64,000 nucleotides of DNA. Source: an uncultured Trueperaceae bacterium (GTDB taxonomy: Bacteria > Deinococcota > Deinococci > Deinococcales > Trueperaceae). The notes under the pieces were generated by a model, which saw only the letters and a program-made list of their open reading frames with translations, ran no database searches and had not been told where the DNA came from. This document shows, piece after piece, positions 50,514 through 59,533 of this stretch; position 1 is the stretch's first letter, and each line of letters starts with the position of its first letter. The stretch covers positions 32,001-96,000 of the forward strand of contig CAVSGP010000005.1 of the NCBI GenBank assembly GCA_963727505.1. Direction: 5' to 3'. Both the position numbers and the translations under genes were made by a program.

Positions 50514-51092
50514 ATGAACACGCGCAAACGCGATCTCGATACGCCTCGCAAGGGGCGGTTCGCCCGGATCTTCATCGGCCTGGCCGCCTTGATCGGCGTG
50601 ACGCTGGTGGCCGCTCCGTTCGCGCTCGCCGACACCAGCATCCAGGTCGGAAACAACGTCCAGAAGATCACCATCAACGAGAGCGACTATGCTTTCTCGC
50701 CGAACCACCTGACCTTCACGGCAGGGCAGACGGTGCGCATCACGCTGGTCAACAAGTCCACCGACAAGTCGCACGAGTTCCTGATGGGCAAGAACCTCAA
50801 GAAGTGCAAGGACAACTTCGGCAAGACCTACGCCTGCGGTTGGCAGGACCCGCTCATCGCGCAGGACTCGATGGTGATCTACGGCCAGGGGCACGGCATC
50901 GATGAGCTCCAGGTCGACCAGCCCAGCCAGGTGGCGCTGCTCGACAAGGGCGGGACGGTCACCATGCAGTTCACCGTTCCGAAGAATGCCGCCGGCGACT
51001 GGCAGTTCGGGTGCTTCGAGCAGAAGGGCTCGCACTTCACCGACCATGGCATGAAGGGCACCATCACGATCAAGCCTGCGAGCGGCTCGTAG
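50514..51092 (+). CDS. Secreted cupredoxin (type 1 copper protein, COG4454/CopI-like)
   Basis: Signal peptide ending ALA; FSPNHLTFTAGQTV, HEF and GCFEQKGSHFTDHGMKG supply H/C/H/M ligands. Confidence 0.82.
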   Translation: MNTRKRDLDTPRKGRFARIFIGLAALIGVTLVAAPFALADTSIQVGNNVQKITINESDYAFSPNHLTFTAGQTVRITLVNKSTDKSHEFLMGKNLKKCKDNFGKTYACGWQDPLIAQDSMVIYGQGHGIDELQVDQPSQVALLDKGGTVTMQFTVPKNAAGDWQFGCFEQKGSHFTDHGMKGTITIKPASGS

Positions 51093-51130
51093 CCGAGCGC
51101 GTCGTCGGGGGCGTAACGCACCCCCGGCAA

Positions 51131-51169
51131 AGGCGGGCGGGCGCCGCAGCGAGCGGCACCCGCCCGCTT
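51131..51169 (+). terminator. Hairpin after the cupredoxin gene
   Basis: gcgggcgggcgccgc / gcggcacccgcccgc stem with one mismatch. Confidence 0.5.
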
Positions 51170-51360
51170 GCTGCGGCGCCCTGAGCGGATAGGCGGCCGT
51201 GACCTGAGCGCGATTGCCGGACGCACGTGCGTCGGGGTCGTCGACCTGCGAACCGTCACGCGGCCCGCATGCGGGCGCCGCTATGCTGAGCCAACGGAGT
51301 CATGGGAGGAGAGGGGGCCGTGAGGCAGGAGGACCGTCTCGGCGGAACGGGAGGTCGGCG

Positions 51361-52662
51361 ATGGTCGTGAGGCGCCGCTGGCGTCCATTGCGTGTCGTGC
51401 TGGTCCTGGCCGCGGCCGTCGCCCTGGGGGCAACCGGATGCGGGCCGTCGCAGCGCGAGCGCGAACTGCGGGATTCCAACCAGCAGCTCGAGCACGAGTT
51501 GAGGGGTCTGCAGAACGATCTCACGTCCGCGCAGAAGGCGCGCGACCAGGCGCTCGCCGACCTCGCCAAGGCGAAGCAGGAGCGCGACGCAGCCAGGAAA
51601 GACCTGGCCGATGCCGAGGCGCACGCCGAGATGCTGAGCCAGGACCGGGACCAGGCGGTGCAGCAGCTCCAGGCGGCGAAGGCCCAGGTCGACACCCTAA
51701 CGAAGCAACGTGACGAGGCGCGTGCCGCGCTCGATCAGGCGAACGGGGCCTTGACGCAGGCCCGCGCCGACGCAGCCAACGGTTCTACGCCGCCCGTTTC
51801 GGCGCAGCCGGACGCCGGATCGATGCAGGCCTCCCTGGACGCTACCAACGCCCGTGCTGACGCGGCCGAGGCGGCGGCGGCCAAGCTCCGCGACCAGCTT
51901 CAGAAGCTGGAGACGCAGCTGGTGAAGGCCAGTGACGACCTTGCCGCCGCCACCCAGGCGCGCGACGAACTACAGCAGACGCGGAGCGCCCTCGAGGCGC
52001 AGAGCGTCGAGCAGGCCAACGCCCTCGCCGCCGCGAAGGAGCAGGAACAGTCGCTTCGGGCCCAGGTGGCCGACTTGCAGGGGAAGGTGGCGGGGCTCCA
52101 GGCCCAGGTCGACGATGCGTCCGGCACCATCACCCAGGTCCGGGGCCGAGCGGCCGACAGCGAAGTCGCGCTGGTAGCGGCTCGGAAGGAGCGCGACGCG
52201 TTCCAGGCCCAACTGGTTGCGGCCCGCCAAGAACGCGACGTGCTGCAGGCTCGACTCGACGCAACCCAGGCGCGCAGCACCAACCTGGCACAGCAGTTGC
52301 AGCAGACGGCGGGCAACCTGCAGGCTGCCCGCGGGCGCGCTACCGAGCTGACGCTCAGCCTCGAGACGCTGCTGGCCAACCACCAGGGGCTGCAGCAGCT
52401 CACCGAGGCGCAGCGCACCGAGCTCGCCAGCGTGCGTCGTCGGCTGGAGGACGCCCAGAACGAGGTCGCTCGCCTCACCGGCGCGCGCGGGATCTACACG
52501 GTGCAGCCGGCCGACTCGCTGTCTTCGATCGCCGTCTTCTTCTACCGCAACGGCCACCTGTGGCCGGCCATCCTGGAAGCCAACGCCCACCTCATCGACG
52601 ATCCCGACCTGATCTTCCCGGGCATGGTGTTGATCGTTCCCGATGTCGCCGGCGCGGGCTGA
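51361..52662 (+). CDS. Coiled-coil lipoprotein with C-terminal LysM domain
   Basis: Lipobox ATGC, long A/Q/L heptad region, and YTVQPADSLSSIA...WPAILEAN..IDDPDLIFPGMVL. Confidence 0.85.
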   Translation: MVVRRRWRPLRVVLVLAAAVALGATGCGPSQRERELRDSNQQLEHELRGLQNDLTSAQKARDQALADLAKAKQERDAARKDLADAEAHAEMLSQDRDQAVQQLQAAKAQVDTLTKQRDEARAALDQANGALTQARADAANGSTPPVSAQPDAGSMQASLDATNARADAAEAAAAKLRDQLQKLETQLVKASDDLAAATQARDELQQTRSALEAQSVEQANALAAAKEQEQSLRAQVADLQGKVAGLQAQVDDASGTITQVRGRAADSEVALVAARKERDAFQAQLVAARQERDVLQARLDATQARSTNLAQQLQQTAGNLQAARGRATELTLSLETLLANHQGLQQLTEAQRTELASVRRRLEDAQNEVARLTGARGIYTVQPADSLSSIAVFFYRNGHLWPAILEANAHLIDDPDLIFPGMVLIVPDVAGAG

Positions 52663-52672
52663 TCGCCAGGCC

Positions 52673-53413
52673 TCAGCCGGTCTTCGCTAGCTCCGCCAGG
52701 CGCTGGGCCACGCCCTGGTTCACGACCCCCCCGTGGTACGTGATGACGGTAGCGATGTCGAGCGGCGCCAGCTTCGCAAGAGAGCTGAGGGCTGTCTCCA
52801 TGTCGGGCGTCACCCCCGGGCGCGGTCCTTCGAGACGTCCTCCCTCGGAAACCAGTGCGTCGCCGGCGACGAGGGTGCGGCTGCGCTGCAGATAGAGGCT
52901 GACGTGGCCGGGGGTGTGGCCCGGTGTGTGGATCACCGTGATGCCGCCGCAGTAGGGGAGCACCTCGCCGTCCTCGACGGCACGATCGACCGCGGCGTGC
53001 GGCGGGTTCTTCATGATGGCCTCCACCGCTTCGCGACGCTCGGCGGGCAGGCCCTTCAGGCGCTCCGCCATGCGCCCCATGTCCATCTTGATCGGGGTCT
53101 TCTCTCCCTCGATGTAGGGCCGGTCGAGTGGGTGGGCGAGCACCTCTACCTCGTGACCGACCGCGCGAAGGAGCTCGGGCAGGCCGCCGATGTGGTCGAT
53201 GTCCTGGTGCGTGAGGACGATGCGGGTGAGCCGTTCGAGCGGAATGCCCGCTTGCAGGCAGGCCTCACGGATGGCCTGGAGCTGGCCCGGCATGCCGGTG
53301 TCGATGAGGATCGCGTCCTGCTCGTCCCACATCAGGGTGGGATGGATGGCGCTGGGGCCACCCAGGAAGTCCATCGTCAGTTCGAGCGCTTCGACGCCTT
53401 CGGCTACGCGCAT
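52673..53413 (-). CDS. MBL-fold metallo-hydrolase
   Basis: LIDTG, THQDIDHIGG, TPGHTPGH, AGDAL and YHGG motifs. Confidence 0.9.
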   Translation of the reverse strand: MRVAEGVEALELTMDFLGGPSAIHPTLMWDEQDAILIDTGMPGQLQAIREACLQAGIPLERLTRIVLTHQDIDHIGGLPELLRAVGHEVEVLAHPLDRPYIEGEKTPIKMDMGRMAERLKGLPAERREAVEAIMKNPPHAAVDRAVEDGEVLPYCGGITVIHTPGHTPGHVSLYLQRSRTLVAGDALVSEGGRLEGPRPGVTPDMETALSSLAKLAPLDIATVITYHGGVVNQGVAQRLAELAKTG

Positions 53414-53540
53414 GGAGAACCACTCCTTGTCGGGTCCAACGTACGTCGGGGAGTCGATGCCCGGCGTATCGCGCGGATGCGGACGGCGCGAACACCTGGC
53501 GCAAGGGAGGACCGGAGGGGTGCTAGGGTTCTCTCGACCC

Positions 53541-53909
53541 ATGGACGAGCCCGTCACGTTCCTCGCGGCCCTCGAGCGCGCCTGCCTGGCGAAGCCGGGT
53601 GCGGTCCTGGATCGCCCGTTCGGCCCCGAGACGCTCGTCTACAAGGTGGCCGGCCGCATGTTCGCGCTGGTGGCCCGGCGCGCCACGCCCCTCCAAGTCA
53701 GCCTGAAGTGCGACCCCGAGCTCGCGGTGGCGTTGCGATCGAGCTATCCGGCGATCACCGCCGGCTACCACCTCAACAAGCGCCACTGGAACACCGTTTG
53801 CCTGGACGGAAGCGTACCGGACACCACCGTCAGCGAGCTGATCGACCTCTCCTACGACCTGGTGGTGGCCAAGCTGTCGGCAGCCGTGCGTGGCTCGCTT
53901 GCCTCCTAG
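53541..53909 (+). CDS. MmcQ/YjbR-family protein
   Basis: [22 protein letters not shown] and [11 protein letters not shown] motifs. Confidence 0.9.
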   Translation: MDEPVTFLAALERACLAKPGAVLDRPFGPETLVYKVAGRMFALVARRATPLQVSLKCDPELAVALRSSYPAITAGYHLNKRHWNTVCLDGSVPDTTVSELIDLSYDLVVAKLSAAVRGSLAS

Positions 53910-54919
53910 CGCCCGCGCACCGCGCCTTCCAGGAAGTCGTAGGGGTAGGGCGGTATGACATCGCTGGCCGAAGTCAGCTTCGTCATCTGGTCCTCCGTAA
54001 GGCCCCAACCGACTGCTCCGAGGTTGTCCTCGAGCTGCGTCATGGTGCGGGCTCCCAGGATCGGTGCGGTGACGCCGGGCCGCTGCAGGAGCCAGCGGAC
54101 GGCCACCTGTGCAGGGGTCCGTCCGGCTTCCTCGGCCACCTCGAGCAGGGCGTCGATGACCGTCCAGGTGTGCTCGTTGGCGAGATTGGGCCAGCTCTCG
54201 CCCCAGCCCTTCTTCGCTGCGATCTCCACGCGCGTGCCCTGCGGGGGTTGCTCCATGCCACGCCGGTACTTGCCGGACAGCCAGCCGCCCCGCAGCGGGC
54301 TCCACGGGATCACGCCGAGGCCCTCGCGCTGCGCCACCGGAAGGAGCTCCCACTCGGTCGAGCGGCACAGCAGGTTGTACTGCGGCTGCAACGACACGAA
54401 CGGTTCGAAGCCGCGCTCGCGGCTCAGGTCGAGGGCGCGCTGGAGCTGGTAGCCCGCGAAGTTGCTGGCGCCCAGGTAACGCACGCGTCCGTCCTTCACG
54501 ACCGTGTCGAGGGTGCTCATCACCACCTCGAGCGGGGTCCCCGGATCCCAGGCGTGGACCTGCAGTAGATCGACGTGGTCGGTCTGGAGGCGGGCAAGGC
54601 TGGCATTCAGCGACGCGAGGATGTGCTTGCGGCTGAGACCCACGTCGTTGGGGCCCTCGCCCATCGGGAAGCGCACCTTCGTCGCAACGACCAGGTCGTC
54701 CCGGTCCTGACGCTTCAGCCAGCGGCCGACGATCTCCTCCGATACGCCGCGCGAGTACACGTTCGCGGTGTCGATGAAGTTCCCGCCGGCGGTGACGAAG
54801 GCGTCCAGCATGCGGTGGCTCTCCTGCTCGCTGGCTTCCCCTTCGCGGCCGAAGGTCATGGCTCCCATGCAGAGCTCGCTGACCTTCACGCCGGACGCTC
54901 CTAAGTAGCGGTATTCCAT
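53906..54919 (-). CDS. Aldo/keto reductase
   Basis: [27 protein letters not shown] and WSPL motifs. Confidence 0.92.
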   Translation of the reverse strand: MEYRYLGASGVKVSELCMGAMTFGREGEASEQESHRMLDAFVTAGGNFIDTANVYSRGVSEEIVGRWLKRQDRDDLVVATKVRFPMGEGPNDVGLSRKHILASLNASLARLQTDHVDLLQVHAWDPGTPLEVVMSTLDTVVKDGRVRYLGASNFAGYQLQRALDLSRERGFEPFVSLQPQYNLLCRSTEWELLPVAQREGLGVIPWSPLRGGWLSGKYRRGMEQPPQGTRVEIAAKKGWGESWPNLANEHTWTVIDALLEVAEEAGRTPAQVAVRWLLQRPGVTAPILGARTMTQLEDNLGAVGWGLTEDQMTKLTSASDVIPPYPYDFLEGAVRGR

Positions 54920-55075
54920 GGCACGCCCTCCCTTGCATGAGGACCCGGCCACCGGGGCCGAGCTACGGCACCATGGTAGCTCCGCGGCGCGAGGGGCCGC
55001 GGTCCGGACCGCGCCTTCACGCGCCTGCACACGGGGTGCGCGCGGTCCCTGCAGACTGGCCGACCCGTGCGGACG

Positions 55076-55915
55076 CTAGCCGCCAACCACCAACCGGGTG
55101 GTGAGTCGCCCCAGGGGTCCCACCTCGACGCCGAGCTCGTCGCCGGGGCGCAGCCAACGCTTCTCTTGCATGCCGAGGATGACGCCCTCGGGGGTGCCGG
55201 TGGCGATCACGTCGCCGGGCTCCAGGGAGAAGTAGGTGCTGGCGTAGCTGATGATCTCGGCCACGCTGAAGATCATGTCCGCCGTGTTGGAGTCCTGCCG
55301 CAGCTCACCGTTGAGCCAGCAGCGCACGCCGAGCGCCTGCGGGTCGGGGATGGTGTCGGCGGTGTGGAGCTCCGGGCCGAGCGGCAGGAAGCCGTCGAGC
55401 GTCTTGCCGAGAAGCCACTGGCCGGTGCGCTGCTGCAGCCCGCGCGCGCTCAGGTCGTTGCCGTTGGTGTAGCCCAGCACGTAGTCGAGCGCGCGGGCCT
55501 CACTGACGCGCCGAGCGCGGCGACCCATGACGACGACGAGCTCCGCCTCGTAGTCGAGCTTCTCCACCTCAGGCGGGACCGCGACCTCGGCGTCGGGGCC
55601 GGTGACGGCGTTGCCGAACTTCGAGAACAGCACCGGACTGGTAGGGATCTTCATGCCGGTCTCGTTGGCGTGGCGCCGATAGTTGAGGCCCACGCACAGC
55701 ACCTTGCCGGGCCGAGGGATCGGCGGCCCGAGCCGCAGCTGCGCCGCGTCGACCGTGGAGCGTCTCTCTTCGGCGATGCGGGCCAGCTCGGGCAGGGCGG
55801 ACGACCCCTTTGCTGCCAGCTGGTCCGCGGTGAGCTCGGTGCGCACGACGGTGTCGCCCTCGCGCACGCCGACGCGCAGGGTGCCCTCGGAGTCATAGAA
55901 ACTGACCAGGATCAT
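55076..55915 (-). CDS. Fumarylacetoacetate hydrolase family protein
   Basis: CVGLNY, DYEAEL, NDLSAR, GKT and TGTP motifs. Confidence 0.92.
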   Translation of the reverse strand: MILVSFYDSEGTLRVGVREGDTVVRTELTADQLAAKGSSALPELARIAEERRSTVDAAQLRLGPPIPRPGKVLCVGLNYRRHANETGMKIPTSPVLFSKFGNAVTGPDAEVAVPPEVEKLDYEAELVVVMGRRARRVSEARALDYVLGYTNGNDLSARGLQQRTGQWLLGKTLDGFLPLGPELHTADTIPDPQALGVRCWLNGELRQDSNTADMIFSVAEIISYASTYFSLEPGDVIATGTPEGVILGMQEKRWLRPGDELGVEVGPLGRLTTRLVVGG

Positions 55916-56078
55916 GCTGCCTCCCATGTCCGGCCGGCACGTCCGTGGGCGGCCGGCAGGGGTGTGACGATCGGCCCCAAGCCTACCGAACTCGGGCCCG
56001 TGATGCGGTCCGCCGCCGGTCGGTTGCCATGACGCTCCCTCTCCAACCGGATGACGGAGGCCACGTCCGCGCGGCCGG

Positions 56079-56750
56079 TCAGCCGGTCTTGCGGTAGAGC
56101 GCGTTCACGGTGGTGCGGTGGCCCTGCTCCGTAGGCACGCGCACGGCCTCCGTCGGCTCGGCCGGCTCGAGCCCGTGCCGCGCGAAGGCGGCGTCGAGCG
56201 CCTCCGGCGTGAGCAGCGTGATGCGGTCGTGCGGCCCCCCGAAACCGAAGTAGACGTCGGTTTCCCCGGGGACCCGCTCGAGCGCGACGCCGCGGGGTCG
56301 AGAGTCGGGGGCGAAGTTCGCGACCAGGCAGTGCCCCCCGGGCGCGAGGAGGCGGGCCGTGCCCGCCAGGGTGCGCTCCCATTCCTCGACGCCGGCCGCG
56401 TTCTGGAAGGCGCCGAGCGCGATCACCAGATCGAAGGCGCCATCGGGGAACGGGCCGAGGTCGTCCATGCGGCCGAGCACCACGCGCTGCTCTGCCACAG
56501 CGGCGCCGATCACCGGCTCGAGCCGTGCGCGGGTCGCCTCGACCATGGCCTCGGAGCTGTCGAGCGCCCACACCTCGGCGCCCGCCTCGGCCAGGAACAG
56601 GCTGTTGCGTCCCGCCGCGCAGCCGATGTCGAGGCTGCGCAGCGCCGACGCCTCGCGCTGCGACAGCCACCTCACCAGCCGGTGGTCGGGCTCGCGGGCG
56701 CCGAAGCGCTCCACGATATCGGGGCGTTCCCAGAAGGACGAGGCGCTCAT
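56079..56750 (-). CDS. Class I SAM-dependent methyltransferase
   Basis: LDIGCAAGRN, FDLVI and LAPGG motifs. Confidence 0.85.
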   Translation of the reverse strand: MSASSFWERPDIVERFGAREPDHRLVRWLSQREASALRSLDIGCAAGRNSLFLAEAGAEVWALDSSEAMVEATRARLEPVIGAAVAEQRVVLGRMDDLGPFPDGAFDLVIALGAFQNAAGVEEWERTLAGTARLLAPGGHCLVANFAPDSRPRGVALERVPGETDVYFGFGGPHDRITLLTPEALDAAFARHGLEPAEPTEAVRVPTEQGHRTTVNALYRKTG

Positions 56751-56906
56751 CCTCGCATTGTGCCGCACGCGGGTGAGAGGCCTTCCGGGCCCGGCGTGTA
56801 CCAGGCCATTGACGTCGCGTGGGCGCTCCTCTAGGCTTTGACTGTCCGGTCAGGAAATCGCCGCCGGTGCACGAGGGGCGTGTCCCGCTGTCGGAAGGAG
56901 CGCATC

Positions 56907-57263
56907 ATGAGATCAGGATCCGATCAATTGTCGGCCCTGAGCATGCTGGCCGCCGTCTGGTTGTTCTTGTCGCCGTGGATCGTGAGACCCTGGCACCAGG
57001 TCTACGCCGTGGACGCCTGGATGGTCGGCGCCGTCGCCGTGGTCGTGCTCACGAGCGCCATGCGCGCGCCGCGCCCGCCGCTGTCCGACATCGTGGCCGG
57101 GCTCCTCGGGGCGTGGATATTCGCGTCGCCCTGGGTTCTCCACTACACCGATGCCTTGGGGCCGGCACGGAACTCCTGGATCATCGGCGGCATCATCGCC
57201 GTGTTGTCGCTGGGCGCCGCCGCCATGGGGCTGGCCGGAAGCCGGGGGACCCAGCCGGCCTGA
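56907..57263 (+). CDS. SPW-repeat membrane protein
   Basis: WLFLSPW and WIFASPWVL repeats in a 4-TM protein; RBS AAGGAG. Confidence 0.8.
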   Translation: MRSGSDQLSALSMLAAVWLFLSPWIVRPWHQVYAVDAWMVGAVAVVVLTSAMRAPRPPLSDIVAGLLGAWIFASPWVLHYTDALGPARNSWIIGGIIAVLSLGAAAMGLAGSRGTQPA

Positions 57264-57371
57264 ATCGACGGGCCGCGCGCGCCGGGCGCCCAGCAGGAGC
57301 GCCCACGGCACGCGTAGAGCCCCCGGTGGTTTCCCGCTGTGGTTGCTCGCGGTGACCGCCCCCGATCCGCG

Positions 57372-58205
57372 TCAGCGGGCTCCCTGCAGGAGCGGGAAGA
57401 ACACGTGCCAGACGATGTCGGCCCAGAAGTGGATGCCGCTGGCGGCGAGCAGCCCGTAGCGCAGGAAGGCGCGACCGGCCAGCAGGCCGAGCCCGCCGTT
57501 GAGAAGCACCAGCTCCACCAGCTCCACCGCCGGAAGCGCGAGCGGCGTGCCCACGCCCGCCAGCATCATGACGCTCGCCAGATGGCCGGCCGCGAACGCC
57601 AGTGCCGCCAGGACGTTGGCGGTCCACAGCGCCGCGCGCCGCAGGTCGGGGCGGCGCAGCCACCGCAGCAGCGTGGTGAGGAGCCAGGCCCACAGGCTGA
57701 GCACGAACAAGCGGAAGGCGATCTCCTCCCCGATGCCGGCGGTCAGCGACGCGAGCAGGGACGAGGGGAACGGGGGGTGCGGGAACCCGGAGAAGGTGGG
57801 GCTCAAGCGGGCCGCGAGGCGGTCGAGGACCACCAGACCCACGCCGGCGGCCACACCCACGACGAGGGGCCCCAACCACAGCGCGCGGGCGGACACGCGC
57901 GCTGCCAGCGTGCCAGGCAACCCGGCGCCACGCGCCATCGCGTCGCCGGCGAGCCCGAGCAGGCCGTAGAGCACCAGCACCAGAAAAAGGTTGGCGACCG
58001 CCAGTTGCCACAGCGGGATGTCGGGCATGGGCGTGCCCAGGAGAGAGGCGTTGGCCGCCATGCCTTCGGGAAGCAGCACGTAGGCGGCCGTCGCCAGCGC
58101 GTAGACCGCCAGCATGACGGCCAGGAGACGCAGGCGCGCGGCGCGCGGCGCTGCGGCCGGTGTTGCGGCGGGTGTCGCGGCCGTGGCGGGACGATGGTCG
58201 CGCAC
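57372..58205 (-). CDS. CPBP (Abi/CAAX type II) intramembrane metalloprotease
   Basis: EEIAFR, FAAGH and HFWAD motifs; start uncertain. Confidence 0.8.
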   Translation of the reverse strand: MRDHRPATAATPAATPAAAPRAARLRLLAVMLAVYALATAAYVLLPEGMAANASLLGTPMPDIPLWQLAVANLFLVLVLYGLLGLAGDAMARGAGLPGTLAARVSARALWLGPLVVGVAAGVGLVVLDRLAARLSPTFSGFPHPPFPSSLLASLTAGIGEEIAFRLFVLSLWAWLLTTLLRWLRRPDLRRAALWTANVLAALAFAAGHLASVMMLAGVGTPLALPAVELVELVLLNGGLGLLAGRAFLRYGLLAASGIHFWADIVWHVFFPLLQGAR

Positions 58206-58419
58206 GGCTCGAGCCTTGCACGAAGCGTTCCCGGTCGCTAGGGAGGGACGTCCGGGCGCGGCCGCGGTTGGATCTCGGGGGGCCACCCGGACCGCTCGCC
58301 CGCGGCGCCGCGCGTTCGGGCGGCGTTCGCGCATCGGGCGTGCATCGGGCGCGGGATGGCAGGCGCTATCGTGGAGTCGTGAACGTTCGCTCGCTCTCCA
58401 CCACCAAGGAAGCCCGACC

Positions 58420-59394
58420 ATGAGCTCATCTTCGCGCTCCCCAGGGAAGGCGCGCGGCCTCGCGGCCTGCGCTACGGAACGGGGCATCATCGCGGCGCTG
58501 GCCATCGATCAGCGCGGGAGCCTGCGCAAGGCGCTCGCGAGGGCCGGAGGCAAGGAGGCCGCGGCGGTGACCGACGAGGATCTCGCCGCTTTCAAGGCGG
58601 CGGTGACGCGCGTGCTGACGCCGCAGGCGTCGGCGGTGCTGCTCGACCCGCTCTACGGCTGGGGGGCGGCCGAGGGCCGCGCGGCCGGAGCGGGGCTCAT
58701 CGTCGCCTACGAGAAGAGCGGCTACGACGCCACCGACGAGCACCGCATGCCGACGTTGTTGCCAGAGTGGTCGGCCGCCCGTCTGAAGGCATCGGGAGCG
58801 GACGCCGTCAAGGTACTGGTCTACTACGATCCCGCGAGCCCCGCCGAGGTCAACGAGCACAAGCAGGCGTTCGTCCGGCGCGTGGGTGAGGAGTGCCGGG
58901 ACGCGGATGTGGCCTTCTTCCTGGAGCCGGTCACCTACAGCGGTGAGGGCGGCGGCGCGGGCGTCGACGCCGCCGAGCGCAAGCCCGAGCGGGTGACGCG
59001 CAGTATCGCCGAGTGGACGCGGCCCGAGTACGCCGTGGACGTGCTGAAGGTGGAGGTGCCGGTCGATCCGGGCTGGCTCGAGCCTGCGGCGCTGTCCTCC
59101 CAGCGCGATCGCGTCCTGTCCGCCTTCCGGCAGGCCACGGAGGCGTCGACGCTGCCCCTGATCTTCCTGTCGGCCGGGGTCGACATGGAGCTGTTCGTGC
59201 GTTCGCTCGAGCTCGCCGGCGAAGCGGGCGCTCGCTTCAACGGCGTGCTGTGCGGCCGCGCCACCTGGAAGGGCGGGATCGCAGCCTACGCCGGGGGCGG
59301 GGAGTCCGCGCTGGAAGCATGGTTGCGCAGCGACGGGCTGGCCAACATCGGCCGCCTCAACGAGGCGCTGGAAGCGAGCGCGACGGCGCTCTAG
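58420..59394 (+). CDS. Tagatose-1,6-bisphosphate aldolase-like class I aldolase (LacD family)
   Basis: ALAIDQRGSL, LLDPLYG, YEKSGYD, VDVLKVE, FLSAGV and GVLCGRATW motifs. Confidence 0.88.
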   Translation: MSSSSRSPGKARGLAACATERGIIAALAIDQRGSLRKALARAGGKEAAAVTDEDLAAFKAAVTRVLTPQASAVLLDPLYGWGAAEGRAAGAGLIVAYEKSGYDATDEHRMPTLLPEWSAARLKASGADAVKVLVYYDPASPAEVNEHKQAFVRRVGEECRDADVAFFLEPVTYSGEGGGAGVDAAERKPERVTRSIAEWTRPEYAVDVLKVEVPVDPGWLEPAALSSQRDRVLSAFRQATEASTLPLIFLSAGVDMELFVRSLELAGEAGARFNGVLCGRATWKGGIAAYAGGGESALEAWLRSDGLANIGRLNEALEASATAL

Positions 59395-59398
59395 CCAC

Positions 59399-59533
59399 GG
59401 GCTCTCAGGCCCTGGGCTCTCAAACCCTGGGCTCTCAAACCCTGGGCCCTCAAACCCTGGGCCCTCAAACCCCGGGCTCTCAAACCCCGGGCTCTCGAAC
59501 CCCGGGCTCTCGAACCCCGGGCCTTCAGGCGCC
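59399..59533. repeat. 15-bp tandem repeat (about 9 units) between convergent genes
   Basis: Consensus GGGCTCTCAAACCCY, head-to-tail with no spacers. Confidence 0.95.

Noticed and set aside
57372..58205. Abortive-infection or bacteriocin-immunity system
   Set aside because: CPBP proteases are ubiquitous, and no bacteriocin or defence genes are adjacent.
59399..59533. CRISPR array, or a coding PGFES repeat in ORF 58426..59964 (-)
   Set aside because: Units are 15 bp, contiguous, with no spacers or cas genes. The ORF is an antisense/out-of-frame shadow of two well-supported genes.
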